NCBI GenBank assembly: GCA_035260845.1
Contig: DATFUL010000002.1
Span: 7,033-71,032 of the forward strand
Reading direction: 5' to 3'
DNA: 64,000 bases
From: Patescibacteria group bacterium
Lineage (GTDB): Bacteria; Patescibacteriota; Microgenomatia; UBA8517
Position 1 is the stretch's first letter, and each line of letters opens with the position of its first letter. Shown in pieces: positions 1 to 9,305 of the stretch. The notes beneath the pieces are model-generated. The model saw only the letters and a program-made list of their open reading frames with translations. It did no database searches and had not been told where the DNA came from. The translations under genes were made by a program, and so were the position numbers.

Positions 1-300
1 CAATCAGCATTTAGTGACAGTTCTCCGGAACAGGCAATTGGCAAATTAATCCAACTTGTTATCTGGCTTCTTATTATTGGTGCATCTGTTTATGCACTGA
101 TTAACTTGGTTTTAGCAGGCTACTCTTTTATGGCTGCCGGGGACGACAGTAAAAAAGTCGCAGGGGCTTGGGCAATGATTTGGCAAACAATGTTGGGTTT
201 AGCAATTTCCGCAGGGGCTTTTGTACTGGCTGCGATTTTTGGACAATTAATTTTTGGGGACCCAACGTTTATACTTAATCCAACCATCCCACCACTTTAA
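1..300 (+). CDS. T4SS-type pilin paralog 1 (5'-truncated by window edge; TrbC/VirB2-like two-helix membrane protein)
   Basis: Frame 1 is open from position 1 with no upstream stop in the window. The translation ...LIQLVIWLLIIGASVYALINLVLAGYSFMAAGDDSKKVAGAWAMIWQTMLGLAISAGAFVLAAIF shows hydrophobic helix, a GD(D/K) loop, then a second hydrophobic helix. The four downstream paralogs have the same architecture. Stop TAA at 298-300. Confidence 0.55.
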   Translation, partial: QSAFSDSSPEQAIGKLIQLVIWLLIIGASVYALINLVLAGYSFMAAGDDSKKVAGAWAMIWQTMLGLAISAGAFVLAAIFGQLIFGDPTFILNPTIPPL

Positions 301-677
301 TGAATAATTTATTGACACAAGCACAGAGCGGTTTACAAATTGCACCAAAGGGTGGTTTTACTGGTTTTGGTCCTTTGGGAACTGCGGGAAGCAATGGCGT
401 AAGTGTATTTAGTAAATTTATTTCCTCTATTGTAGGACTAATGACCATAATTGCCATTATTTGGTTTGTGTTTACTTTTATAGCAGGTGCAATTGGTATA
501 ATTGGCGCTGGAAGCGATAAAAACGCACTAGAGGGTTCAAGAAAAAAGATTGTAAATGGAATAATTGGACTTGTAGTTACGGTTGCCGCAATCTTTATAA
601 TTAACTTAGTCGGCTACCTGCTAGGATTCAAAAATATTTTAGATATCGGAACTTTAATTAATTCTTTAAACAAATGA
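300..677 (+). CDS. T4SS-type pilin paralog 2 (TrbC/VirB2-like)
   Basis: 125 aa with the core IGAGSDKNALEGSRKKIVNGIIGLVVTVAAIFII flanked by TM helices. The motif is shared with neighbouring paralogs (GGDKGALEGARGKISSAIVG, GGDKGATEGARNQITAALVG). Start overlaps the previous stop (TAATG). Confidence 0.6.
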   Translation: MNNLLTQAQSGLQIAPKGGFTGFGPLGTAGSNGVSVFSKFISSIVGLMTIIAIIWFVFTFIAGAIGIIGAGSDKNALEGSRKKIVNGIIGLVVTVAAIFIINLVGYLLGFKNILDIGTLINSLNK

Positions 678-991
678 TTACAAATCCGGCTTTGGGTAAT
701 ATTGGCAAACAATCTGGTGTAGAGTTTTTTAAGAACTTTATTCCCGGTCTTATTGGGTTGGGTTTTGTAGCTGGAACAATCATATTTTTCTTTATCTTAA
801 TCATCGGAGCAATTCAGTGGATTACGGCCGGAGGGGATAAAGGAGCTTTAGAAGGTGCGCGCGGCAAAATCTCAAGCGCAATTGTTGGAATTATAATACT
901 CTTCTCACTTTTTGCGGTGCTTGATCTTATTCATATATTTTTCAATATTAAAATTATGACACTTGACATAGGCCCATTGGTAATTCGATAA
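674..991 (+). CDS. T4SS-type pilin paralog 3
   Basis: 105 aa with TM helix, AGGDKGALEGARGKISSAIVGIIILFSLF, then TM helix. ATGA start/stop overlap with the previous gene. Confidence 0.6.
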   Translation: MITNPALGNIGKQSGVEFFKNFIPGLIGLGFVAGTIIFFFILIIGAIQWITAGGDKGALEGARGKISSAIVGIIILFSLFAVLDLIHIFFNIKIMTLDIGPLVIR

Positions 992-998
992 TACATAT

Positions 999-1337
999 AT
1001 GCAAGCTCACCTCGCGCAAATTAATTTACAAAATTTAGGCCAAAACAATCAAAATTTTGGTTCTCTTACAACTCTTACTTTGCCTTCAATAATTTCCGGA
1101 ATGATTAGGGGTGCATTAGTAGTTGCAGCTGTAGTCTTTTTCTTTATTTTAGTTATTGGTGGAATTAAATGGATTGCTTCAGGTGGCGATAAAGGCGCCA
1201 CAGAAGGCGCAAGAAACCAAATAACTGCAGCTTTGGTAGGACTTGTAATAGTCTTTGCGGCTTGGGCTATAGTCCAGCTTATTCAAGTATTCTTTGGAGT
1301 TAATATCTTCAATCTTTCACTTCCGACCGCGGGCTAA
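999..1337 (+). CDS. T4SS-type pilin paralog 4
   Basis: 112 aa containing ...VVAAVVFFFILVIGGIKWIASGGDKGATEGARNQITAALVGLVIVFAAWAIV. Same two-helix topology. Confidence 0.6.
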   Translation: MQAHLAQINLQNLGQNNQNFGSLTTLTLPSIISGMIRGALVVAAVVFFFILVIGGIKWIASGGDKGATEGARNQITAALVGLVIVFAAWAIVQLIQVFFGVNIFNLSLPTAG

Positions 1338-1386
1338 TAGTTAAATTAGGCTTGCCGAAACCTATTCTCTAGATTAGAATTACTTT

Positions 1387-1674
1387 ATGGCTGCATCACT
1401 ACCTCCACAAATAGCAGATTTAGAAGGAATATTCGGTAATATAGTCCAAGCTATCTTGGGTTTTGCTGGTATTGTTCTTTTTATTTTGATTCTTTCCGGC
1501 GGGATTAAATATTTAACCTCAGGGGGTGACCCAAAAGCTACTGAGGCTGCGCAAAAGACAATCACTTATGCAATTGGTGGACTTGTCTTGATTCTTCTTT
1601 CCTATATGATTCTAGTTTTAATCAAAACAATTACAGGAGTGAACGTTACTGAGTTTAAAGTGACATTACCTTAA
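1387..1674 (+). CDS. T4SS-type pilin paralog 5
   Basis: 95 aa containing ...ILGFAGIVLFILILSGGIKYLTSGGDPKATEAAQKTITYAIGGLVLILLSYMILV. Same family signature. Confidence 0.6.
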   Translation: MAASLPPQIADLEGIFGNIVQAILGFAGIVLFILILSGGIKYLTSGGDPKATEAAQKTITYAIGGLVLILLSYMILVLIKTITGVNVTEFKVTLP

Positions 1675-1770
1675 TTTTAAGTTATTTCTTACCCGTGCTT
1701 TTTCAATTTGATAAAATTTCTGTTCTTTATTCATTTTCTTTTCCAGAGATTCAATTAGTTTTCTAATATT

Positions 1771-2358
1771 CTAATCAGTTTTGTTTATAAGCTCAATGAG
1801 TATTTCGTAAGTCAGGTCTTCAGTTTTAATTGAATCTACGGGATTGTAGAGGAATTTAAATGGCTGACTAGATTCCTTTAAATTCCTGTAATTTCCCCTA
1901 AAGTCATCCGGCCTCGAAATCACAGACTTTTTTAAAGCCTCATGCCATTTAACTAAATCAATTTCTAAATCTTTTAAATTGGATCCTGGAATCGATTTTA
2001 AAAACTCATCCTGATAAGACCTTTGAATATCTCCTTTAACTTCTACCAAGCTTGCCCGAGAATAACCCAAAAAATTAATATATTCGGAGGTTGTCTGCCT
2101 TGCAAAACCCTCTTCGATGTTTGCTACGGTTGAGCGTGCAGCATCATCTAGTTGAGCCTTTAATCTGTATTCAAGTTTAGGTAGAGTGTTTGTATATTCT
2201 CGGATTAAAACTCTAAGAAGGCTTGCATTTGACCAGGCAACTAAGAAAATGTAACCGTTTGGAGTATTAGAGACTCGAGAACGCTCAATTGGTTTTGAAG
2301 TTTGGGAAAGTTCGCGTAAAGTTTTGTCGATAAGATCCTGAACGACTTTGTTGGGCAT
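1771..2358 (-). CDS. four-helix-bundle protein (23S rRNA IVS protein / Avd-like family)
   Basis: 195 aa whose core LPKLEYRLKAQLDDAARSTVANIEEGFARQTTSEYINFLGYSRASLVEVKGDIQ matches the E-Y-L-QL-RAA-S-NIAEG-R-S-EF-FL-A-GS-E signature of the four-helix-bundle/Avd family. It carries extra N- and C-terminal extensions. Confidence 0.55.
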   Translation of the reverse strand: MPNKVVQDLIDKTLRELSQTSKPIERSRVSNTPNGYIFLVAWSNASLLRVLIREYTNTLPKLEYRLKAQLDDAARSTVANIEEGFARQTTSEYINFLGYSRASLVEVKGDIQRSYQDEFLKSIPGSNLKDLEIDLVKWHEALKKSVISRPDDFRGNYRNLKESSQPFKFLYNPVDSIKTEDLTYEILIELINKTD

Positions 2359-2413
2359 AATTTAGTCTAAAGTATTTCTAGGGGAGATTAAAGGATCCTA
2401 AAGGAATTTAAGT

Positions 2414-5140
2414 TTGATGCGCTATAATAAGTTCATGCAAAAGCTGTCCAAATTTGTTTATTTTGTTTTTTTTCTTCTCACTTTTGTGTTCTGCTTTTTA
2501 TACCCTGTATTACAACCGGGGGTTGTAAACGCGCAGATTCCTAAATTAAGACTTCCTTGTACAGATGATGGGAAAAATCCTGAATTTAACTCTTTAAGAC
2601 CTTACCAAGCCGCCCCCTGCGGAGACGCAGGTAAAGCTCTTTATTGCAGCAATGATTTAATTTTTACAGAGGATTTTGATTTTGCCGGACAATGTGGTGG
2701 ACAAGCACCTGCTGGAACAGGAAATTTTACTTGTAAATTAAATGGCGGTCTAGGTTCAGGTCTCATTCCTGCACATACTCTTTATGTAACACTCGACAAT
2801 TCACAGTTCCCTATTGAGGGCAACACAGAACAAGTTAAAAATAGCCAAAACAGTAGCGATTCACTTGACGACGCAACTAAAGTTAATGAATACGTTAGCT
2901 GGTATTTAAGTGGCGTTACAGGCCATGCAGAAAATGGGGCTTCAACTAATGATCAAGTCGTAAACTATTCCGGTCCACTTAAAAAGCTTTTACCGGGTGC
3001 TATTCAAGACAATGCCCGCATCCAATCAATTAATAAGGCAACCAATCTTGTAAGATATCCTGAAGAAAGTGACACCCAGGGCCAGGCAGATGCGATAGTT
3101 ACGGGTCCGGAAACGCATAACCAAATTGTAGTTTGTGCCAATAAACAAATATTAGGGATCAATAATCCTTATATTGGTAGCACTCATCCATATCCTTGTT
3201 ATAAAGGTGATGGATCAGCCGCTGCACCGGAAAATGAAATCTATAGACTCAAAACATGGGATAAAGGAACGCTTTCTTTTGCCCGCACAACATCAGAGAT
3301 ATTAAAGGATTTTCTTCGCCTCTATCCCGGTATTACTCAAACAGTAATTGATAATTTGTTTAGTGGGCAAGCTTGGAACAAAAAGACACCTCCGCTTCCT
3401 TGGGACGATGTTGGGGATGGAACCGGCAAACCCTTCGCTTCCTCAAATTTATACTTAAAAGCCTACAACGAGTGGAGGGGTAAAAGCTGCATAATTGTTC
3501 CCTATTTAAACGTTCCTCTTTGTTTTGATAATCCTGGAGTCACCAATGAATATGCCGACCTTTTTTCATATGTTCCACTTGCAGTTACTCCTGATAAAAA
3601 AGGTGCTGAATATGTCGCGGATGTCCAAATAAAACCATCGCAAGGAACTGAATTGTCATCAAAAACTTACGACCCTGCCAGAAATGCTCCTTTATATTTC
3701 GCCCATACACAAGAAACATCAGATTCCTCTAATTTGCTTAATACAACCTATACTCCTAAAGGTTATAAAAGTCAGCCCGTCCCCGCAACAACAGAAAAAA
3801 ATGAATGTAGTATTGTAAACGTTAGAACTAACGCCGGGGACAATTTATTCCCAGGCGACCCTGACGAAATCCAAGTCCCGGGTGTTACTTACACAATAAG
3901 TTCTGTTGAATGCAAGCAAACAGTTAAAGAAAGTCTTTGTATAAAAAATCACAATAACCCAGAATATGACGGAAAAACTATGTGTATACAAAAAACCTTA
4001 GAGTGCAACGCAGAAGTCATAATAACACTTATTACAAATACCAAAACCCCTTCTGCAAATGAACTTTTTAGTTCAACGGTAGCCGATTCTGGTTCCACTT
4101 TTAGGAAAATTTATCCAAAGGTTGGAGAAGGATCCCCAATAAGCTGCATTGCTGATATTCCAACAGTAACCGACGTGACTTATGACTCTAGTAAAAGTCA
4201 GCCACCATTAGGCGGAGATCAAACATTTAAAGTGAGGAATAATCCCAAAGACGGAGCTTCTGGTAGTAATCAACTCACTTTCCCCCATATAGGAAGTGTT
4301 TATGAGTACTTCTTAAAAGGAATTCAGGCTGCGCTAAGACCAAAAGGTTATAGTGATCCGATCGTTGACGGCCAACTTTGTTATACCAATATGTGTACTC
4401 CTGTATCGGGCTTGCCAAAAGCCTCTGGGTCCTGTGCCCTAGGGGGGTCACTAAACCGGATTGGTGTAGTTGCTCCATCATTAAAGGCGGTCGTTGAAGC
4501 CGCTGCTCAAACATACAAAGTGCCACCAGGTCTTATTTTGGGAGTAATGTATGGGGAGGGTGTGTTTAATACAAATTTCTACAAAAATGAGGCCAATGTA
4601 AAAGATTTTGCGTCCTGTAGACCGCTTCCGAACTGTAATGCAAACGCGAGTGAAATTAAAAGTATTGTTCCTTTTATTAAGCCTTATTGGGACAATTTGG
4701 CAAAAGAAATTTTACCGGACTTAAAGAAAATTGATCCCAAAAAAACAAAGGCAGACCCATGTAATTTGTTGGACGCTACTTTTGGCTTGGCGAAAGATTT
4801 GCACGATAATGCAGGTGGGTCAGCATCAATAACAGGAAACTCTTGCTACGGAATCCCTATGACTTCCACAAACCCCGGTTCTTGTTCATGGGACAATAGT
4901 CAATACGAAACAGCAATTAGAGTTTGGGAAATAGGAACCGAGTACGATGTTGCCTCACAAAAAACATGTCTTACAACTCCAGGGACTTGTGAATCAGGGA
5001 TTGCGTCGGGAAGCGACTATACAAGCTCGCTTTGTCCAGGTGGAGATAACTGTGAAACGTTGGGGAGCTCTGGAAACACTAGTCACAATGCCTGTGTATT
5101 TGATGTATCTACAAGTGGTGGATCGGGAAATAAAAAGTAA
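2414..5140 (+). CDS. large secreted cysteine-rich protein with C-terminal lytic-transglycosylase (SLT)-like segment; candidate T4SS cell-wall hydrolase/adhesin
   Basis: 908 aa with an N-terminal signal/TM (KFVYFVFFLLTFVFCFLYPVL). It has many Cys and Gly/Ser/Thr-rich stretches. The segment AAQTYKVPPGLILGVMYGEGVFNTNFY resembles the SLT catalytic region (A-kYgV-p-ll-ai---ES-FNp). Domain assignment is tentative. Confidence 0.35.
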   Translation: MMRYNKFMQKLSKFVYFVFFLLTFVFCFLYPVLQPGVVNAQIPKLRLPCTDDGKNPEFNSLRPYQAAPCGDAGKALYCSNDLIFTEDFDFAGQCGGQAPAGTGNFTCKLNGGLGSGLIPAHTLYVTLDNSQFPIEGNTEQVKNSQNSSDSLDDATKVNEYVSWYLSGVTGHAENGASTNDQVVNYSGPLKKLLPGAIQDNARIQSINKATNLVRYPEESDTQGQADAIVTGPETHNQIVVCANKQILGINNPYIGSTHPYPCYKGDGSAAAPENEIYRLKTWDKGTLSFARTTSEILKDFLRLYPGITQTVIDNLFSGQAWNKKTPPLPWDDVGDGTGKPFASSNLYLKAYNEWRGKSCIIVPYLNVPLCFDNPGVTNEYADLFSYVPLAVTPDKKGAEYVADVQIKPSQGTELSSKTYDPARNAPLYFAHTQETSDSSNLLNTTYTPKGYKSQPVPATTEKNECSIVNVRTNAGDNLFPGDPDEIQVPGVTYTISSVECKQTVKESLCIKNHNNPEYDGKTMCIQKTLECNAEVIITLITNTKTPSANELFSSTVADSGSTFRKIYPKVGEGSPISCIADIPTVTDVTYDSSKSQPPLGGDQTFKVRNNPKDGASGSNQLTFPHIGSVYEYFLKGIQAALRPKGYSDPIVDGQLCYTNMCTPVSGLPKASGSCALGGSLNRIGVVAPSLKAVVEAAAQTYKVPPGLILGVMYGEGVFNTNFYKNEANVKDFASCRPLPNCNANASEIKSIVPFIKPYWDNLAKEILPDLKKIDPKKTKADPCNLLDATFGLAKDLHDNAGGSASITGNSCYGIPMTSTNPGSCSWDNSQYETAIRVWEIGTEYDVASQKTCLTTPGTCESGIASGSDYTSSLCPGGDNCETLGSSGNTSHNACVFDVSTSGGSGNKK

Positions 5141-5182
5141 AACCCCTTTGATTTTTTACCTCAACCCGCTAGAATAAACTTA

Positions 5183-6655
5183 ATGCCTGACGTGTTTAAA
5201 AAATTTCTGTTTTCATTTTTGGCTTTTTTAGTTGTTTTTACTTCTATTACTCCGAACTTTTTATCTGTTAAGGCTGCTAGTAATTCAGCAACGGATTCAG
5301 CTACCTCTACTGCAACTTGGTATAGCCCTGGTCTTTTTGAATTTTACAGTAAAGTATTTGACACAAGTAATAACGATATTTTTGGTGAAAGGTACACTTA
5401 TGCCCAAGTGGTTTGGATTATAGAATCACTTCCCCTTGCAATTTTAGGAATTAGCGCCAGCACTTTTCATGACATACTTCAACAGGTCCAATCAAACCCG
5501 AATGGTACAAGCGTTCTTTTAGACCAAGGTAATAGCCTTGCAAAAATCAATGATCCGTTTACTACAATAATTAGCCAATTTTATTCATCTCCACCTGCTT
5601 CTGGTAGATATTGGCTATCACAAAAAATAAATAACTTTAGTTTGGTTAAAAAAGCTTATGCAGCACCAGCCAACAGCTTTGGCTATTCATCCCTTTTAAT
5701 ATTTGAACCTCTTTGGAGTGCTTCACGCAATATTGCTTACACGTTAATAGTTTTAATTTTATTGGCAATTGCTTTCGCTGTAATGTTTAGGTTAAAAATT
5801 AGTCCCCAGGTGATTGTTACTGTCCAAAGTGCACTTCCAAAAATTGCAACTACGCTTATTTTAGTTACTTTCTCTTATGCGATTGTAGGATTTTTAATTG
5901 ATTTAATGTATTTAATTTTTGGAGCAATAGTCTACGGGATTGGGAACCAATCAGGTGTGTTGGCATCGGGTGTAAGTGCTCCAGATTTATTGAATAATTT
6001 TCTTAACGGAAACTTATTTACAAAAATATTTACGACAGCCGGTACCGGCGGAACTGTTGGAATTGTAGGAGTTGTTGTTGGGCTGATTGCTTTGGTTTTT
6101 ACACCAATAGGGCCGGCTATTATTCCTCTTGTTATAGGTATACTAATTGCTGGAATAATATTTTTTATAAAAACCTTTATTATGCTTGCTCAAACCTACC
6201 TGTCCCTTATTATGAACTTGGTGTTTGGGCCAATAATAATTTTGGCCGAAGCTATTCCATTTATTAAAGCATCGGCTGTGGACTGGATGAGATCGGTTAT
6301 TGCAGATATTTTAGTATTTCTTGCAGTAGGATTACTGTTCTTGGCCGAATCATTGATCAATGGAGCTTTAAGTACGACTGCAAGCACTCCACCCTGGAGC
6401 CCACCCTATTTGGGATTCAATGCCAATATTTTTAAGATAATGATTTGGGTTGGTGTTTGGTCAATCCTACCTAACATCAGATCTATTGTTTACAAAATGA
6501 TGGAGCGGTCAGCTGCAGAGATTCAGTTGCCAAGAGAATTTAGTAATCTGGGTGAAACCTTCCAACGTGGCCTTGGTGAATACACTGGAAATACACAGTT
6601 TAGAGATTCATTTAATAGATGGTTGTCAGGATTAAGAGGTCGTACAGGAACCTAA
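5183..6655 (+). CDS. polytopic membrane protein, VirB6/TrbL-like candidate
   Basis: 490 aa. Signal-like N-terminus (FLFSFLAFLVVFTSITPNFLSVKAAS) followed by at least 6 predicted TM helices (IAYTLIVLILLAIAFAVMF, IATTLILVTFSYAIVGFLIDLMYLIFGAIVYGI, VGIVGVVVGLIALVF, IIPLVIGILIAGIIFFI...). The call rests on position in the T4SS-like locus and topology only. Confidence 0.4.
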   Translation: MPDVFKKFLFSFLAFLVVFTSITPNFLSVKAASNSATDSATSTATWYSPGLFEFYSKVFDTSNNDIFGERYTYAQVVWIIESLPLAILGISASTFHDILQQVQSNPNGTSVLLDQGNSLAKINDPFTTIISQFYSSPPASGRYWLSQKINNFSLVKKAYAAPANSFGYSSLLIFEPLWSASRNIAYTLIVLILLAIAFAVMFRLKISPQVIVTVQSALPKIATTLILVTFSYAIVGFLIDLMYLIFGAIVYGIGNQSGVLASGVSAPDLLNNFLNGNLFTKIFTTAGTGGTVGIVGVVVGLIALVFTPIGPAIIPLVIGILIAGIIFFIKTFIMLAQTYLSLIMNLVFGPIIILAEAIPFIKASAVDWMRSVIADILVFLAVGLLFLAESLINGALSTTASTPPWSPPYLGFNANIFKIMIWVGVWSILPNIRSIVYKMMERSAAEIQLPREFSNLGETFQRGLGEYTGNTQFRDSFNRWLSGLRGRTGT

Positions 6656-6692
6656 ATATTATTTGATATATTCTCTAGTTGAAGATTAAAGT

Positions 6693-9059
6693 TTACTTCT
6701 TCTTACCTATAAAGATCCCCACTTGTTTAGTTAGTCTTTTTTCTGCATCAGCTATAACTTCTCCATTTTTCGCAAGTGGCTTTGTAGTTCTAAATTTCTT
6801 GTTTTCGTCCTCAAAATTCTTGATTACTTCTTCCTCAGTTTTAGGATTGCCATCCGATACTGCTTGTATATTTATTTCAGCAATTCTTGCAGCCGATACA
6901 TCCTCTAGATTGTTTTGGCCAAGATCTGGGTTAAACAATTTAACCACACTATTCAAAACATTGGTTGCAAAAGAGGCACTTTTAATCCTAGCCGCGTTCA
7001 TGTTGTCAAAGACATTTTTAACAACAATTTTATCTTTATCATCACTTATGTCGTATTTGTGCATGGACCCTTTGGTAAGTGTCAAAACATTGTAAACAAT
7101 ATTAAAGTATTTCCACATCTTCTTGAGTCCATTCAATGAGAAATCTTCTAATCTAAAATCAACCTTTATTAAAGCGTCTAGAACACCCCTTTCGTCTCTT
7201 CCAGAAAGCCATTGAATTAGGTCAAAGTTGCCATGAAAATCCCTTTGAAGAGACTCAAAGTTTAAATCTCCCAATCTGTTATACGGTTCTTCTGGAATTT
7301 CTATATTCGTAGGCTCCCCAGTTAAGAGATTTGTTCTAACTCCAGCCGCTGTTCCAAGCCAGGCATCAAAAAGAGATCTTGTTCTTATTTTATCATTACC
7401 CTCACTATCTTTGTCCATTATCTCTTTTCCATCTTCATTAAGCATAGCCACTTGGGAAAAGTCCATAAGGCTTGTAGCCATATCGGGAATTCTACCAATT
7501 AGATCCTTTAGGCCGGAAGGCCTACCGGCAAGGCCCTCTTTAAGGTTCCATAGGTAAACAAGAAACTTTCCAAGATCGTCTGAGGATATAAACTGTCCTT
7601 CCCCAAGTGCCAAAGCAAACTCTCCGTTTTCAAAATACACATAACCTTCAGAGGAGTAAACTCCAGCAGCTCTTAAAAAGGTAGCCGCCAACCATGAAGC
7701 CTCATCAATACTTTCGACTTTTCCTTTACGGTCGATTTTACCTGTACCAACAAGCTCACCTATATACTTTATAAACCCATTTTCCTTCTTAAGGTTCAGT
7801 TTCCCCCTGCCTGCAATATTTCCAAGCTCTGTTACTGGACCTCTTAATTTTTGTATTTTTTCAACTCCATTCTTGATAACTTTATTGGGAGTTTCTACAT
7901 ACTCAACAATTTTTCCCTTTTCATCTTTTCTCGGAACAAAACGTATACCCCGGTTCTCTTGATCTAATGTTTCTGTTATGATCACTTTACCCGTCTTTTC
8001 ATTCTTAACTGGTTTTAGAGTTCTATCAATAGATTTGGTCCATTTTTTCCAATCGCCCAATTGTTCTTTAAGAAATTCCCAAGCTTCATCATATTTCAAA
8101 CCCCTTCTCTCCATTAAGCGTTTAATCATTAATCCCTCTGTTGCCGGTTTATTGATAAATGCCTGCATTTGTTCAGGTGTCTCACTATTAAGCATGGCCA
8201 GATTCCACCATATTGCTTCTTCTATTTGATCACCAAGTTCGTGTAAACGCTTACCTTCTTTGTTGTGTATTGCCTTTTCACGCACAAGTTCTTTTTCGGA
8301 GGGTAAATTTAAAAATTCCTCAATATGTTCGACTCTAAGTTTAGAGGCACCAAGGTGATTTGATTCGGTAAGCCCATTTAAATCATCCCTAAAACGAAGT
8401 CTAATTCCTATTCTCGAATCCAAAATTATCCTAGATTCAAATTCCAATATACCTCTTTCGTAAGCGTTGGCCAATTCTGTTCTATCTTCATCAGTTCCAT
8501 AATTGTATTCAGTTTTATATCCAACCACCTGGCCATTCATCCGAATATCCTTCTGATCAACCGATAGGGCTGTGGATCCAAATTTAGCTTTTCTGGGCTC
8601 TCCAATACCAGTATTTGGATCATAAGATTCAAGCCAACCCCTTTCTTTTAGATCTTCAATTGTCATATTTAAAACTTCAGCTCTATCAATCATTACATCC
8701 AGAACTCTTGTGGGTGTGTAATGGTCAGCCAACTCGCGGGGAATCGTTCCACTCTCAATCCTAGCTTCAAACTTTCTTAAACCGTAGTAAAACTCAGATG
8801 GATATTCAGCATTTGTAATCATTTCCATCCTAAGAGACTCACCACCTCTATACTGCCTACTGTTTGCTTCTTCTAATTGTGGGTCGCCCTCGGGTTCCTT
8901 CTTTTTCCCGGCTGGGTTTGCCATAAATTCTTTAGCTCCAAGCAAATCATTATTCTGTTGTCCTTGTCTTTCGTAATGCCGAGGTTGACTACCCTTGTCT
9001 ATTCCAAAACTGGGATCTTGAGGAGTACCAAATTCATTATTAAAAGGATTATCCGCCAT
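6693..9059 (-). CDS. large hypothetical cytoplasmic protein (about 790 aa) of unknown function
   Basis: Long ORF on the minus strand. The ORF track starts at 9209, but the first 50 residues are low-complexity, so an internal start MADNPFNNEFG at 9059 is preferred. No signal peptide, no Walker A, no HUH motif and no recognisable domain. It is charged and K/E-rich. Confidence 0.6.
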   Translation of the reverse strand: MADNPFNNEFGTPQDPSFGIDKGSQPRHYERQGQQNNDLLGAKEFMANPAGKKKEPEGDPQLEEANSRQYRGGESLRMEMITNAEYPSEFYYGLRKFEARIESGTIPRELADHYTPTRVLDVMIDRAEVLNMTIEDLKERGWLESYDPNTGIGEPRKAKFGSTALSVDQKDIRMNGQVVGYKTEYNYGTDEDRTELANAYERGILEFESRIILDSRIGIRLRFRDDLNGLTESNHLGASKLRVEHIEEFLNLPSEKELVREKAIHNKEGKRLHELGDQIEEAIWWNLAMLNSETPEQMQAFINKPATEGLMIKRLMERRGLKYDEAWEFLKEQLGDWKKWTKSIDRTLKPVKNEKTGKVIITETLDQENRGIRFVPRKDEKGKIVEYVETPNKVIKNGVEKIQKLRGPVTELGNIAGRGKLNLKKENGFIKYIGELVGTGKIDRKGKVESIDEASWLAATFLRAAGVYSSEGYVYFENGEFALALGEGQFISSDDLGKFLVYLWNLKEGLAGRPSGLKDLIGRIPDMATSLMDFSQVAMLNEDGKEIMDKDSEGNDKIRTRSLFDAWLGTAAGVRTNLLTGEPTNIEIPEEPYNRLGDLNFESLQRDFHGNFDLIQWLSGRDERGVLDALIKVDFRLEDFSLNGLKKMWKYFNIVYNVLTLTKGSMHKYDISDDKDKIVVKNVFDNMNAARIKSASFATNVLNSVVKLFNPDLGQNNLEDVSAARIAEINIQAVSDGNPKTEEEVIKNFEDENKKFRTTKPLAKNGEVIADAEKRLTKQVGIFIGKKK

Positions 9060-9305
9060 ACAAAAATTGTAGCACAAAATAGACATGGAGAGTATTGAGT
9101 GGGTTGTGCATAAAAACTTGACTATGGGCCGAAAAAGTCCTACACTCGCGAGCAAGATGGGAAAAGAAAATCCAAAAGGCCTCTTTCGCAAACTCCTTGC
9201 TGCTTCCAACTCTGAAAAAGCGAAGAGTGAGGCTCTAGCTTTAGACGAATTAAAAAAAGAGATCTCGAAGATAAACGCCTCATATCAGAGTTTGACAATC
9301 GAATA

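Noticed and set aside
4275-4526. Short ORFs inside or overlapping the 908-aa secreted protein gene and the VirB6-like gene (4275..4526 -, 4947..5177 +, 5232..5423 +, 6196..6387 -)
   Set aside because: They are nested in longer ORFs with coherent protein features. No independent support.
1771-5140. Diversity-generating retroelement around the four-helix-bundle gene
   Set aside because: No reverse transcriptase ORF and no recognisable template/variable repeat pair in the window. The 4HB protein alone is insufficient.
6693-9209. Large minus-strand protein as VirD4 coupling ATPase or MOB relaxase
   Set aside because: No Walker A/B P-loop, no HUH (His-hydrophobic-His) motif and no TM anchor. It is kept as an unknown.
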